In this document: in pieces, positions 27,277 to 37,773 of the stretch
How positions within the stretch are numbered: the first letter of the stretch is position 1
How the letters are laid out: the number at the start of each line of letters is the position of its first letter
Origin: a virus
Lineage: Duplodnaviria > Caudoviricetes
DNA: 48,223 nucleotides
Virus record (IMG/VR): IMGVR_UViG_3300016722_000148
Location: 1-48,223 of that record
Strand: one strand, 5' to 3'
Notes under the pieces: model-generated
Database searches by the model: none
Told to the model about the DNA's origin: nothing
What the model saw: only the letters and a program-made list of their open reading frames with translations
Program-made: the position numbers and the translations under genes

Positions 27277-30200
27277 ATGTCACTCAGGATAGATAAAGTA
27301 CAGCTTCAGTTCGAACTGAACCAAGATAAGACGCTGCAAAATATCGAAAAGGCAAAAAAAGCCCTCAATGATGAGAGCAAAGCGCTCAAAAAGTTAAAAG
27401 AAGGTACGCCGGAGTTTGCGGCGCAACTCAAAAAGGTGCAGGAAGCCGAAAGTGTTTATCAAAAGTTGGCATCGGACATGAAGATAACCGAAATGCCCAT
27501 GGAAATGTTGGTAAAGCGGCAAAAAGAGCTCAATTTGGAACTATCCAAGATGCGTCCGGATACGGAAAATTATCGGTTGTATAAGCAAGAGTTGGATGCC
27601 GTCAAAGCACGAATAGTCGAGTTGAAAGGAACAGCCTCAAGCACATCTTCTTCGCTCGAAAAAGTTGCGACCTCTACGACTTCATGGTTCGACAATGTTA
27701 CTAGTTCTATCAATAAATACGCTACCACCGTTGCAGCTACGGTTTTTTCTATCATAAGTGCATTCAGCAAAGCAAACAAATATTCGGATGAATACGCCGC
27801 GATGGAAGAGGCGGAGAGTTTGGTCGTAAAATACACTAACATGACCAAAAAAGAAGTGGAGGAGCTGAATGAGGATTTCAAAAAAATGGACACCCGAACA
27901 GCTCGTGAACAATTGAACGCATTGGCGGGTGATGCCGGTAAATTGGGTATCGATGGGAAAAAGAATATTGAAGATTTCGTTGACGCAGGCAATCAAATTA
28001 ATATATCTCTTGGTGAGGACTTGGGACAGGATGCCATTAAAAATATCGGTAAACTCGCCATTATGTTCGGTGAGGACGAAAGGCTTGGGCTTAAAAAAGC
28101 GATGTTGTCAACCGGTTCGGCAATTAATTATATAGGACAGAGTTCGTCGGCCGCAGAGCCTTATTTGGCAGAGTTTTTGGGACGAATGGGTAGTGTCGGT
28201 CATCAAGCTAATATTTCGCAGGCCAATTTACTCGGATTTGCTTCGGTTCTCGACCAAAACAAAGTGGAGTCCGAAATAGCTTCGACAGCATTCCAGCAAT
28301 TGACGCTTAAAATGTTTCAAGAACCTACAAAATATGCGAAGATAGCGGGAGTCAGCATAAAAGAATTTACTGGCATGCTTAAGACCGATGCAAATTCGGC
28401 AATGCTTAGCTTCCTGTCTGGGCTTTCTAAATATGGCGATCTTACAAAGATGGCTCCTGTCATTAAATCGTTAGGGTTGGATGGACAGCGCACCAATCAG
28501 GTATTGTCTGCTTTATCCGGCAATATTGAGTTGATAAGATCAGAGCAAGAAAAAGCTACAAAAGCATATAAAGATGCTGTCAGTGTAACGCAGGAGTATG
28601 ACATCCAAAATAATACACCCCAAGCGCAACTGGAGAAAAACAGAAAGGCAATACATGATTTAGAAGTGGAATTAGGCGAAAAGCTATTTCCCCTCATTAC
28701 CGAATCACAATCGTTGATGACATCGGTGGGTAGAACGCTACTTGAGACGGGTAAATTTATTGTTGAGCATAAGACGAGCATTATAATGCTAACTACGGCA
28801 TTGGTATTCTATACGGTTGCCGTCAATGCTTCCATTATCGCCGATAAAGTGAAAATATTCTGGAACACTGCCGTTGTACAATCATTTAAAATACTATATG
28901 CTGTAATAGCAGCTAATCCATGGACTGCCGTAATAGCTGTAATGGCAGTTGTGGCGGGATATTATGCAGATGTCAAAGAAAAAACGGATGCGGTAACAAG
29001 GGCAAACGATTTGCTTAATGAATCCAAAAAAGAATCGGAATCTCACCAGAGCGATGAGATAACGAATATACAAATGCTTCTTAAAATCGCAAGAGATGAG
29101 AATGCAAGCAAAAAAGACAGAATAAATGCCATCAATAGGTTGAATGACATAATGCCGGATTATATTGATAAACTTTCGTTAGAAACAATAAACACGGCAG
29201 AGGCATCTGTAGCATTGGAACGCTATGTAAAACTGCTTAAGATAAAAGACCAGATAGAGGATGTAAAACATACCCGACAAAAATTCGCTGACGAAATGGA
29301 CTCTCCCATGCAATATACAGTGGGCGAGGAATGGGTCTATAATATATCAAAATGGATCAATGAGCATTCTGGAAATGTCTTTAGACATTTGGGAAATATA
29401 GTAGAGTCTTATGATAAAGAAATTGCAGCGAGAAAAGATGATAAGACCACAGGCCTTAAAGTTTTCGACAACGAACTGGAAGGACTTTATAAACAAATGT
29501 TTGAGTTGGATAAACCACTACCTAAAAAAGGTAAACCTAAAACTCTACTAACTGATACGACAAACAAAAAAGGCAACCCGTATCAGGATGATACCAAAAC
29601 GATGGAAGCTAAACGCTTGGAAGAATTGAATAATTTGAAGAAAACGGCTCAAGAAAAAAACGAAACGGAGAATGAATATAACTTAGCTGCTATTGAAATC
29701 AATAAGAAATACCTGGAACAACGGCTTGAACTTATCAAGAAGTATGAGGCAAAGACTAAAGATAAAGGTCAAAAGGCGCAAATGCTCAAAGATGAGCAGG
29801 ATACTCAATCAGCTCTGATTGATATAGATAAACAAAAAGGGGATGCACAGATAAAAGTGCTCGAGGAGAGACGTGATGAAGCTCTTAAAAGCAATGACGA
29901 GTATTATAATCAACAAAAGCAAGAATTGGCTAAACAATATGCAGAAGGGACAATAAATCAATCTACCTATGATGCTACTGTCGCTGCCAATGAATTGGAA
30001 TCTAAAAATTATAGACTTCAAATCTTACAAGGTTATGGAGAAGACGTCAATAACGAAGAAATAAAGAATGGACAGATAAAGGAAAAAGCCGTAAAAGATG
30101 CTAATGATGCGATAGTACAGGCTGAAGTTGACTTCTCTACATCGAGAGCAGGCGCCCTTCAATCTCTTAAGAACGTAATGGCCAATTTCCAAAAAGAATC

Positions 30201-31380
30201 GGGATTAACCAGTCCGGAAATGGAAAAGGCGGAAAAACTGAAAGTACTACAAGAGACATACGATCAGCAAAGAGCCATTTTAATAGCCAACCATCAGGAT
30301 ACTCTTAAGCTCGATGAGTTGTATAAAGTGGCGCGGCTGGCTATCGAAAAAGATTATCAATCGGCATTACTCGACATTCAAGAAAAAAATGGAATTGACG
30401 TCACAAAACAACGATATGTTCTTGAGTTGACCTTTTTAAAAGCTAGACATGATGCAGGACTAGCCTCCGATAAAGAATACAATGCAAAATTAGGCGAGCT
30501 GGATGATGACTATTTAAATGGCAAACTAGGTAAATGGGGAAAGGCTGCACAGTATATTGCAGACGTGTCTGGAAATGTATCTTCGGCGATATCCGGATTT
30601 GCCGAAGCGGAAACCATCGCCTCTGATGCAAAATACGATCATCAGATAAAAATAGCCAAAAAGGCTGGTAAAGATACGACCAAACTCGAAGAACAAAAAG
30701 AAGCCGCACAATATAAGATAAAAAAGAAATATGCCGACTTGCAGTTTGCTACAGCCGTGCTACAGATTGCTTCTACTACCGCTGTTACAGCTATGGAAGC
30801 CTATAAAGCGATGGCTGGAATCAAAATAATTGGTCCTGTATTGGGTGCAGCAGCTGCTGCGGCTGCCGTACTTGCAGGCGCAGGACAAATATCCGTCGCA
30901 AAGGCCAATCGTGACGCTGCAAAAGGTCTGTACGAGGGTGGTTATTCGGGCGATTATTCGGGCGGAGGATATACGCCTAAAATTGATCCGCACGACGTGG
31001 GTGGCTATATACCGGTGCATGGAGATGAATTTGTGGGAAATCATGAAGCGGTGGCCAATCCGCATGTGAATAGATTCTTCCGGGTAATCGATCTCGCTCA
31101 AAAGAACGGTACCATCCGCATGCTCGACACAACGGCTATACTGAATCAGTTGCAATTGGGCGCCGGTAAGTATAGTGGCGGATATACCAATAATCAATCT
31201 GGCAATCCGATTGTGATGAGCGATGGTAGTACTATAGATATAGCTAGCGTAATAAACAGACTCGATAAGGTGGTTGACCTATTAACGACCATGTCGGGCA
31301 AAAAAATCGTGCTATCGATGACAGACGTACGAGATGGACTTAATGACTTAAAGACATACGAGTCGAACGCATCAAGATAA
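27277..31380 (+). CDS. Tail tape measure protein (TP901-like core)
   Basis: 1367 aa helical/coiled-coil; DTRTAREQLNALAGDAGKLG core; ANPWTAVIA; C-terminal GGYT..VHGDEFV. Confidence 0.92.
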   Translation: MSLRIDKVQLQFELNQDKTLQNIEKAKKALNDESKALKKLKEGTPEFAAQLKKVQEAESVYQKLASDMKITEMPMEMLVKRQKELNLELSKMRPDTENYRLYKQELDAVKARIVELKGTASSTSSSLEKVATSTTSWFDNVTSSINKYATTVAATVFSIISAFSKANKYSDEYAAMEEAESLVVKYTNMTKKEVEELNEDFKKMDTRTAREQLNALAGDAGKLGIDGKKNIEDFVDAGNQINISLGEDLGQDAIKNIGKLAIMFGEDERLGLKKAMLSTGSAINYIGQSSSAAEPYLAEFLGRMGSVGHQANISQANLLGFASVLDQNKVESEIASTAFQQLTLKMFQEPTKYAKIAGVSIKEFTGMLKTDANSAMLSFLSGLSKYGDLTKMAPVIKSLGLDGQRTNQVLSALSGNIELIRSEQEKATKAYKDAVSVTQEYDIQNNTPQAQLEKNRKAIHDLEVELGEKLFPLITESQSLMTSVGRTLLETGKFIVEHKTSIIMLTTALVFYTVAVNASIIADKVKIFWNTAVVQSFKILYAVIAANPWTAVIAVMAVVAGYYADVKEKTDAVTRANDLLNESKKESESHQSDEITNIQMLLKIARDENASKKDRINAINRLNDIMPDYIDKLSLETINTAEASVALERYVKLLKIKDQIEDVKHTRQKFADEMDSPMQYTVGEEWVYNISKWINEHSGNVFRHLGNIVESYDKEIAARKDDKTTGLKVFDNELEGLYKQMFELDKPLPKKGKPKTLLTDTTNKKGNPYQDDTKTMEAKRLEELNNLKKTAQEKNETENEYNLAAIEINKKYLEQRLELIKKYEAKTKDKGQKAQMLKDEQDTQSALIDIDKQKGDAQIKVLEERRDEALKSNDEYYNQQKQELAKQYAEGTINQSTYDATVAANELESKNYRLQILQGYGEDVNNEEIKNGQIKEKAVKDANDAIVQAEVDFSTSRAGALQSLKNVMANFQKESGLTSPEMEKAEKLKVLQETYDQQRAILIANHQDTLKLDELYKVARLAIEKDYQSALLDIQEKNGIDVTKQRYVLELTFLKARHDAGLASDKEYNAKLGELDDDYLNGKLGKWGKAAQYIADVSGNVSSAISGFAEAETIASDAKYDHQIKIAKKAGKDTTKLEEQKEAAQYKIKKKYADLQFATAVLQIASTTAVTAMEAYKAMAGIKIIGPVLGAAAAAAAVLAGAGQISVAKANRDAAKGLYEGGYSGDYSGGGYTPKIDPHDVGGYIPVHGDEFVGNHEAVANPHVNRFFRVIDLAQKNGTIRMLDTTAILNQLQLGAGKYSGGYTNNQSGNPIVMSDGSTIDIASVINRLDKVVDLLTTMSGKKIVLSMTDVRDGLNDLKTYESNASR

Positions 31381-31435
31381 CATTATACTATTCTTTTTTA
31401 TGTACTTTTTCGAAGGGCAGGTTCGCGATGAATCT

Positions 31436-31470
31436 GTCCTTTTTTTCGGCTCTGCTCGGATGTACTTTTG
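31436..31470 (+). promoter_or_regulatory. Late-type promoter 4 (GTCCTTT-N20-TACTTTTG)
   Basis: GTCCTTT at 31436, -7 box at 31463-31470. Confidence 0.75.
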
Positions 31471-31490
31471 CCCTATAAACAAAGGCAATT

Positions 31491-33326
31491 ATGACAGAAT
31501 TGATTATTGACGGAGTAAGGGTAGTGCTATCGAGCGATTTCGCAGTGACGGTGAAACAGGAGAATCCCTTTATCACAAAAAACGGCGAATACACGTACGA
31601 CTGCACCATGTCGCTACTCAACCCTGTCAATGCGAATCTATATAGCTTTCTGCAACGCATCAATAAAAAAGAGGCGTTCGCCACCAATCGGCGCGTCATC
31701 CTGATAGCAGATAACCGGGTGTATTGCGATGGAACAGAAGTGATCACCAAATGGACGGATAGCAAAGTAACTATTCAGATCGTGAGTGGTAACTCTCAAC
31801 TCAACTACTTCATCGGGTCGGACAAGTTAATAAGCTCACTGGATATGGGTAGTGCAGTTGTTACAGCAGAAAGCGAACTTGCAGCATTGTCAGATTATCG
31901 TACTCGCGGTTACGCTTTCCCAACGGCATTAGTAGATGGTACGGTAATTAATCAATATTTAGTAGATGTTGCTACGTCAACATACAAACCAAACCAAAAG
32001 GTCGATTTTTATGCAATGCCTTATCTAGCTGCTTACATCGAAAAAATTATTGTAGCTCTTGGATATACGGTCAATCAAAATGCAATTAAAAATACCGATT
32101 ATCAAGATATAATTTTATATCATGGGGTAAGCACTAATGAGTTTTCTAAAATGCTGCCTGGTTGGACCTGTAAAGATTTTCTTGAAGAGGTTGAGAAATT
32201 CTTTAATATTGTTTTTGTTATTGATAAAAAAACAAAAAAGGTTGATATCATTACACAAGCAAAGTATTATGAGACCGCCGTTATGGTACATGTGATTGAT
32301 GTGAAAGATGCGTATGAATTAGATGCAAACAACTCTGATGACGACGATGACGAACATACTACCTCTAATATTGGGTATGGATTATCTGAAGATGAAGAAT
32401 ACTATAGAATGCAACGTTTGTCGGATGGAATTAAATCAGTATGTACCCCTGTCTCGGAGACCTATTCCCAATTTAACAGAGACTATACGAACGATACGAT
32501 TGGAGATCGAAAGTTGATGTTGGATACCGATCCTAACACGGGTAAAAAATATATTTATAAACAGCCTGAATACCCTGATGATTATCCGGACAACATGAAA
32601 CGTCTATGGAGTTGGTATGCGTATGAGGTTGATGTTTTTAAAAATCTAATACAGAAAGAAGGGACAACCGATATAGGAATTGAACTTGACATATTGCCTG
32701 CAATACCAGGTTATAGTAATGATTGCGTCATCAATACTGATGGAACGTACGCTGTATATGAAATGTGCACTTGTGCTAAGGTTAATGCTAATACCGATAG
32801 CAAAGTAGAAAAGCAAGATAGTGCACATGATTATATTATCAATTATGTTGCCAAAAGTGAAACTAAATCGACTATATACGCCTCTTTTTATAGCGGAAAA
32901 AGATATGATATAGACCGTCGGGGTAATCTGTATGAAGTTAAACCAGAGATGTACTTCGATGATATGAGTTGGTATGATGCTTCTAAAAATGTCGTATCTC
33001 ATGCGGCTTCATTTAGATTGCAAAAGATAAAGGATGATTTTTATAATACCTATTACAAGATCGACAGAAAGAAAAAACTTATTGTGGAAAGTTATGATAA
33101 AAATATCTATGATACTCGACAAGTTTTTGAAATCAGGAATAAACGATTTGTATGCGAATCGATAGAATATGCACTCGATTCGAAAGGACGCAAAGGTACG
33201 TGGAAAGGCATCTTTTATCCGGTAGAGATAAGCGACACGGATGCGGAGCATCTATGGATACTAGCGGATGGGAGATGGCGTGATAATGGAGTATGGTTAG
33301 ATAACGGCCGATGGATTGATAATTAA
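31491..33326 (+). CDS. Tail tip/baseplate hub protein
   Basis: 611 aa after tape measure; ENPFITKNGEYTYD; C-terminal WILADGRWRDNGVWLDNGRWID. Confidence 0.65.
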   Translation: MTELIIDGVRVVLSSDFAVTVKQENPFITKNGEYTYDCTMSLLNPVNANLYSFLQRINKKEAFATNRRVILIADNRVYCDGTEVITKWTDSKVTIQIVSGNSQLNYFIGSDKLISSLDMGSAVVTAESELAALSDYRTRGYAFPTALVDGTVINQYLVDVATSTYKPNQKVDFYAMPYLAAYIEKIIVALGYTVNQNAIKNTDYQDIILYHGVSTNEFSKMLPGWTCKDFLEEVEKFFNIVFVIDKKTKKVDIITQAKYYETAVMVHVIDVKDAYELDANNSDDDDDEHTTSNIGYGLSEDEEYYRMQRLSDGIKSVCTPVSETYSQFNRDYTNDTIGDRKLMLDTDPNTGKKYIYKQPEYPDDYPDNMKRLWSWYAYEVDVFKNLIQKEGTTDIGIELDILPAIPGYSNDCVINTDGTYAVYEMCTCAKVNANTDSKVEKQDSAHDYIINYVAKSETKSTIYASFYSGKRYDIDRRGNLYEVKPEMYFDDMSWYDASKNVVSHAASFRLQKIKDDFYNTYYKIDRKKKLIVESYDKNIYDTRQVFEIRNKRFVCESIEYALDSKGRKGTWKGIFYPVEISDTDAEHLWILADGRWRDNGVWLDNGRWIDN

Positions 33327-34840
33327 TGACGATGGATACAACTTTTGAAAATATAACCCCCTGGAACGGTGCGAACGACACCGGACTGGATGTGCGCAAA
33401 AAAATGGAGCGCAACTTCGACAAGATCAAACAGAACTTTGCGGAGATCGTGGATGATTATGTAAAATCGGATGATCTGAGCGATGAACTCAAAGACTTCT
33501 TGAATCGTAACAAAGAAGAAATCGTTAATAGACTATTTACGTTTAAAGAAGGAATTGAAATAGGCAACGATTTTGTCTCAGGAGTTGCAGGAAGTGGGGG
33601 TAAGATAGACGACAAAGGCAATGCGGAGTTGGAATCATTATCCGTTCGTTCATATCTAAAAGTATTGGAGCTTATTTACAATCGACTTTCGGCGATGGAA
33701 GGTGATTTTGCCTTTTCGGAATTTGGAACAATAGATTCTATTACGGAAATAGCAACTGGCACCTATAATGTCCATTTCAGAAAAAGGCATGATAATGATT
33801 TTATCGCTTTTCATGAAAATGATATCCTGATGGGAGTTGTCGATCCAAAAGTAAATAATATCGGAGCAGTGATGTATACTGCTTATTTAAGAGTGTTATC
33901 CGTCAACGCAACTGATAACACGGCTCAACTACTAATGTATGACGGAGCAGAAACACCGTCTGGAACAAATCACATACCTGTAGTGAGCATGAACATGATC
34001 CGCATAGGTAGCACGGATTCTCCAATAGATGGATCGGTAAATTCAAGACAAGATTTTTGGAAATTATCTACCGATGAGGGACGGATCGTCTTCTTGCAGA
34101 ATGTGTATAAACCTATCTTGGAAGCATTCAACTATGCACTTTCAATCGGTAAACTTCCCGATTTGGATATGTTCAAAAATCTACCGATCGGTAAAGACGA
34201 CATGTGTATCTTTTCTAAAAATATCATTGCCCAAAATTATTTTAAAATAGATGCTAACGGAATCGTACAGACTAATGAAGTCTATAGGGGACTGTGGAGC
34301 GAACAGGTGGCATCTAGCGAAGCGCCATATAGGCGCATCGTGAAAGAAACTACATCCGGAACGGGAACGGTAGTCAACGTGCTGGAGTTGCACACTGTAT
34401 ACCACCTAGGGTGCAAATGGGCGTGTCTAGTAGATAAAACGACGGAAGAGCCTAAATGGAACTCAACCGGTTGGCAGATGATACAGGGAGACAGTAATTA
34501 TTCTCTTGATTTCAGTTCCACGAACGGCTGGCAATTCTTTTATGGTCTCGTGGACACGGTTATATCTGCTCGCATCTATTATGGAAACGAGGATATTACG
34601 GAACGAATACTGCCCCTTACAGGCATATCGATCGAATGGATTCGTAATACGGATAATATACCGGAAGATAACGCTTGGATTCCTACTTACGGGGCGAATA
34701 AGTTCAATTTAAAATTGACAACGGACGACATGGGCAGCAATTGGATGACGAAAAGAACGGCAACGTTTACCTGCAACGTCTATATCCCGATAGGAGAAGA
34801 TGCGCAACTAATAACAAATAATATATCATTTAACTTATGA
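33326..34840 (+). CDS. Tail protein
   Basis: 504 aa; FVSGVAGSGGKIDDKGNAELESLSVRSYLKVLEL; VYHLGCKWACL..EPKWNSTGW. Confidence 0.65.
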   Translation: MTMDTTFENITPWNGANDTGLDVRKKMERNFDKIKQNFAEIVDDYVKSDDLSDELKDFLNRNKEEIVNRLFTFKEGIEIGNDFVSGVAGSGGKIDDKGNAELESLSVRSYLKVLELIYNRLSAMEGDFAFSEFGTIDSITEIATGTYNVHFRKRHDNDFIAFHENDILMGVVDPKVNNIGAVMYTAYLRVLSVNATDNTAQLLMYDGAETPSGTNHIPVVSMNMIRIGSTDSPIDGSVNSRQDFWKLSTDEGRIVFLQNVYKPILEAFNYALSIGKLPDLDMFKNLPIGKDDMCIFSKNIIAQNYFKIDANGIVQTNEVYRGLWSEQVASSEAPYRRIVKETTSGTGTVVNVLELHTVYHLGCKWACLVDKTTEEPKWNSTGWQMIQGDSNYSLDFSSTNGWQFFYGLVDTVISARIYYGNEDITERILPLTGISIEWIRNTDNIPEDNAWIPTYGANKFNLKLTTDDMGSNWMTKRTATFTCNVYIPIGEDAQLITNNISFNL

Positions 34841-37530
34841 GAACGAATAACAAGACAGTTAATGTGTCGATAGACCCTTTATATATCACCTCTGCATTGA
34901 AGGTGTTGAAAGGGAACTTGATTCAGACTTTTTCTCGCAATTCGGGAGAGTATGAAGCGGACAGATCGGTCGTGCCGTTGGTACTTATGCCGACTGTAAA
35001 TATTATCGATCCGAACTCGATAATGACGAACGGACCTCAAACCGTGATAGGCGTAAATTGGTATATCGGTACTCCCGAAGCGGGCGCGGAAATACTAAAT
35101 GACACACCCGGTTATGAAATTTCGGCATCAGGAGAACAGACCTATTCTTTGAAGATCACAAAGAATATCCCAGTGGATGGACAATTGCAGATTTATTGCA
35201 AGTTCACGTTCAATGATACGAGGACTAACATGGCAGTATCATGTGTGTCGTCTGTCGTCGTTCGAACGAATTATTATGATTCACAAAACTATTCGCTCAA
35301 AATAGACACTCCGTCTTTAATCAACGTTAATCCAGTGCATTGCACAAAAAATGGAGCGCAATGGCCAGTTGCTATCAATGCACAGATGTATAGTGGAGCT
35401 GATGTGCTTCCTGACGCAAACGTCGTTTATTTTTGGCAAGTAAAAGAAAACGGAAATTATCGGAATATCAATGCGAATGACGGATATGTGATATCAGGAC
35501 TTGGAACAAAAAGCATCATCCTTGATGCATCGCTATTCAATTCATTATCTGTTAGAGTTAGATCGGCTTATTATGGTGCGGGTGAATCGATACCTACAGT
35601 TCCTTCGGATAATTCGCTAGTAAAAGACATCTCTATATTGGTGAGAATAACGGATAAGATATCCGCTAAAATCATACAGACACAAGGAATGTCTATCAAA
35701 CCAAACTCGAACACTACGGTAGGTTATAAGATAGAACTTTCGGACAGTCTCGGAATTATTGCTAATTCGACAAAATACTTCAATATCACTTGGTATTTTC
35801 TCTCCGCCGCAAACGGATCGACAGAGCAGATAATCGGTTACGGTGAAACTCTTGGTCTTAATTCGGGGACACTGATCAATAATACGACAGGTGGTCAGAT
35901 ATATGCAGATTACGAATTGAAAGTCGGTAGCACATGGAATCTCGAAGGATCGGTATACAGTGGAACGTCAAACACGGTACCTATCTATCAGTTCGGCAGT
36001 TTGCAGATAGCTAACAGATTGGCTGCTTATCTTGTAAAACATAATGCTGACGACACTATTACAATAATGGGTAAGTTCAAAAAAAACAACTGGTTCCGAT
36101 TCGATGATGGCTCACTGGCTCCCAGTATCGTTGCTTCAGCAGCAGCAGACCTTGGTTATGATATTGTTTATGGATGGAATGAAACGATACACACGATTGA
36201 GAATGCACAGGTAGGCAATGAGCAAGTGGCATTATTTAGTGAAACTCCTTTTACAGTAAAAGGAGTGGCATCTCGAGAGATAAAACCGTGTGCCATATGC
36301 CCGGGACTTCCTACACTCTATCAATCAAAGTTAAGATTCATCTATTTCGGATTCAATAGCGGAACTTCCGGATCGAAAGGGAAAGCGAACATTATTGACT
36401 TTACGCGTTCGGATCGGAGTTATCCGGCAGTCAATCAAAGTCAATTTTCTGTTAATACGGCGGCGATGGCAAAAAATACCAATACCGCCGCAACGGTTCC
36501 TTTCGCTCCATTGATGGATTGGAACTTACTTAATATCACCAACGCGCTGATGAATAAGTTCGGGACTGTTGATTTGCACGCGCAAAACCTGTTTGGCGGT
36601 GGTATATCATCCAATGAGGCAGTTTCTGCCGCTACTTGGGGGAAAGTGACAGGTGTTCGCTATAAAATAGGATCGGCAACCGATTGGACGTATGCAAAAT
36701 TGGGAGATACTCCTACAGGTCTCTGTTATAACACGAGCGGTGGCACTACTTTTTGGAGTGATTGGATTTCGCAACAGTATCCACGCATGCGTACAGCAGA
36801 GATACAGATGGCATTGAGCTATGCTGTTGAAAATAATATAGCTCCCGACACGAACTTTACGTTCGACGGCGAGACCTATTATTATGAAAATATAGATGGA
36901 TTTACCTCTTTACTGGGAGGAGAAATGAATGCCCGCCTATATAAAAAATACACCGCAACCATGTCTGCTTATAACACGATCGGTACTGCTATCTCTGTTA
37001 CCCTTGAAGTGCTATTGCAATCGAGCTGTGTATATGGTATCGACTTAGTATCGGCCGATATTTTCCAATATGCTGGATCTGGAATAGAAAGAATCGCAAA
37101 TATTACAGATGCTACTGCAGGTAGTAATGCAAACAATTCTTGCGATGTCTACCTGTGTACCGAGCAGGACTTTTTAGACAAGAGCACGGATGTGACGAAA
37201 TATAATGGTGATAAGTTTACTTTCGAAAATTCTACGCATTATAGTAAAATTGGAACGACAAAACAGGTAGGTAATTATTATACCTATCCTTTTAGAGGTA
37301 CAAGAATCGGTAGTGTACAGGGAGGTTCCTTGCACACGAATGCGATGTTCAACGATTTATCCAACTATTCATCGGGAACCGTTGGGCAAAGAGTGAGAAT
37401 GGGACATCGTTCTCGCGGCTATGGTTATTGGACGTATTGCTCCGGTCGGTCTCTGGCTGCGGCCGCTCCGCTATCGTATCCGTATGCGTACTCCGGCGGC
37501 GGCTTCCAAGTGCGTTTACCCGGAAGGTAA
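34837..37530 (+). CDS. DGR target: tail/receptor-binding protein with N-terminal Ig-like region and C-terminal variable (CLec-type) domain
   Basis: 897 aa; the VR encodes residues close to the C-terminus (RGYGYWTYCSGRSLAAAAPLSYPYAYSGGGFQ). Confidence 0.88.
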   Translation: MRTNNKTVNVSIDPLYITSALKVLKGNLIQTFSRNSGEYEADRSVVPLVLMPTVNIIDPNSIMTNGPQTVIGVNWYIGTPEAGAEILNDTPGYEISASGEQTYSLKITKNIPVDGQLQIYCKFTFNDTRTNMAVSCVSSVVVRTNYYDSQNYSLKIDTPSLINVNPVHCTKNGAQWPVAINAQMYSGADVLPDANVVYFWQVKENGNYRNINANDGYVISGLGTKSIILDASLFNSLSVRVRSAYYGAGESIPTVPSDNSLVKDISILVRITDKISAKIIQTQGMSIKPNSNTTVGYKIELSDSLGIIANSTKYFNITWYFLSAANGSTEQIIGYGETLGLNSGTLINNTTGGQIYADYELKVGSTWNLEGSVYSGTSNTVPIYQFGSLQIANRLAAYLVKHNADDTITIMGKFKKNNWFRFDDGSLAPSIVASAAADLGYDIVYGWNETIHTIENAQVGNEQVALFSETPFTVKGVASREIKPCAICPGLPTLYQSKLRFIYFGFNSGTSGSKGKANIIDFTRSDRSYPAVNQSQFSVNTAAMAKNTNTAATVPFAPLMDWNLLNITNALMNKFGTVDLHAQNLFGGGISSNEAVSAATWGKVTGVRYKIGSATDWTYAKLGDTPTGLCYNTSGGTTFWSDWISQQYPRMRTAEIQMALSYAVENNIAPDTNFTFDGETYYYENIDGFTSLLGGEMNARLYKKYTATMSAYNTIGTAISVTLEVLLQSSCVYGIDLVSADIFQYAGSGIERIANITDATAGSNANNSCDVYLCTEQDFLDKSTDVTKYNGDKFTFENSTHYSKIGTTKQVGNYYTYPFRGTRIGSVQGGSLHTNAMFNDLSNYSSGTVGQRVRMGHRSRGYGYWTYCSGRSLAAAAPLSYPYAYSGGGFQVRLPGR
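37413..37509 (+). repeat. DGR variable repeat (VR)
   Basis: 97-bp ungapped match to TR; 16 mismatches, all opposite TR adenines. Confidence 0.96.
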
Positions 37531-37533
37531 CGC
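37512..37533 (+). other. Hairpin downstream of VR (candidate IMH-associated target-recognition hairpin)
   Basis: GCGT(T)TACC-CGGAA-GGTAACGC, just after the GGCGGCGGC end of VR; absent after TR. Confidence 0.55.
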
Positions 37534-37566
37534 TTAGCGCAGCGACGAAATCTGGTTTTTGGAAGT

Positions 37567-37663
37567 TCGCGGCAATGGTAATTGGACGAATTGCTCCGGT
37601 CGGTATCTGAATGCGAACAATCCGCTATCGAATACGAATGCGAACTACGGCGGCGGCTTACAA
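37567..37663 (+). ncRNA. DGR template repeat (TR)
   Basis: Nine AAY codons in the VR frame, 26 adenines in 97 bp; intergenic and upstream of the RT; flanked by pairing segments 37554-37565 and 37674-37685. Confidence 0.95.
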
Positions 37664-37773
37664 AGGTAAATATCTTCCAAAGACCTCGCTAGAAATGCGA
37701 AAAAACTAGGATAATTCACATGAACGAGGAGATGTGAAATCGGCTTCGGCCTTTAAAGCTTCCAACTTGGAAT

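Noticed and set aside
37428-37610. 60-aa ORF spanning VR and TR as an accessory gene
   Set aside because: TTG start inside VR in an alternate frame, so it would be scrambled by diversification; no Avd-like features.
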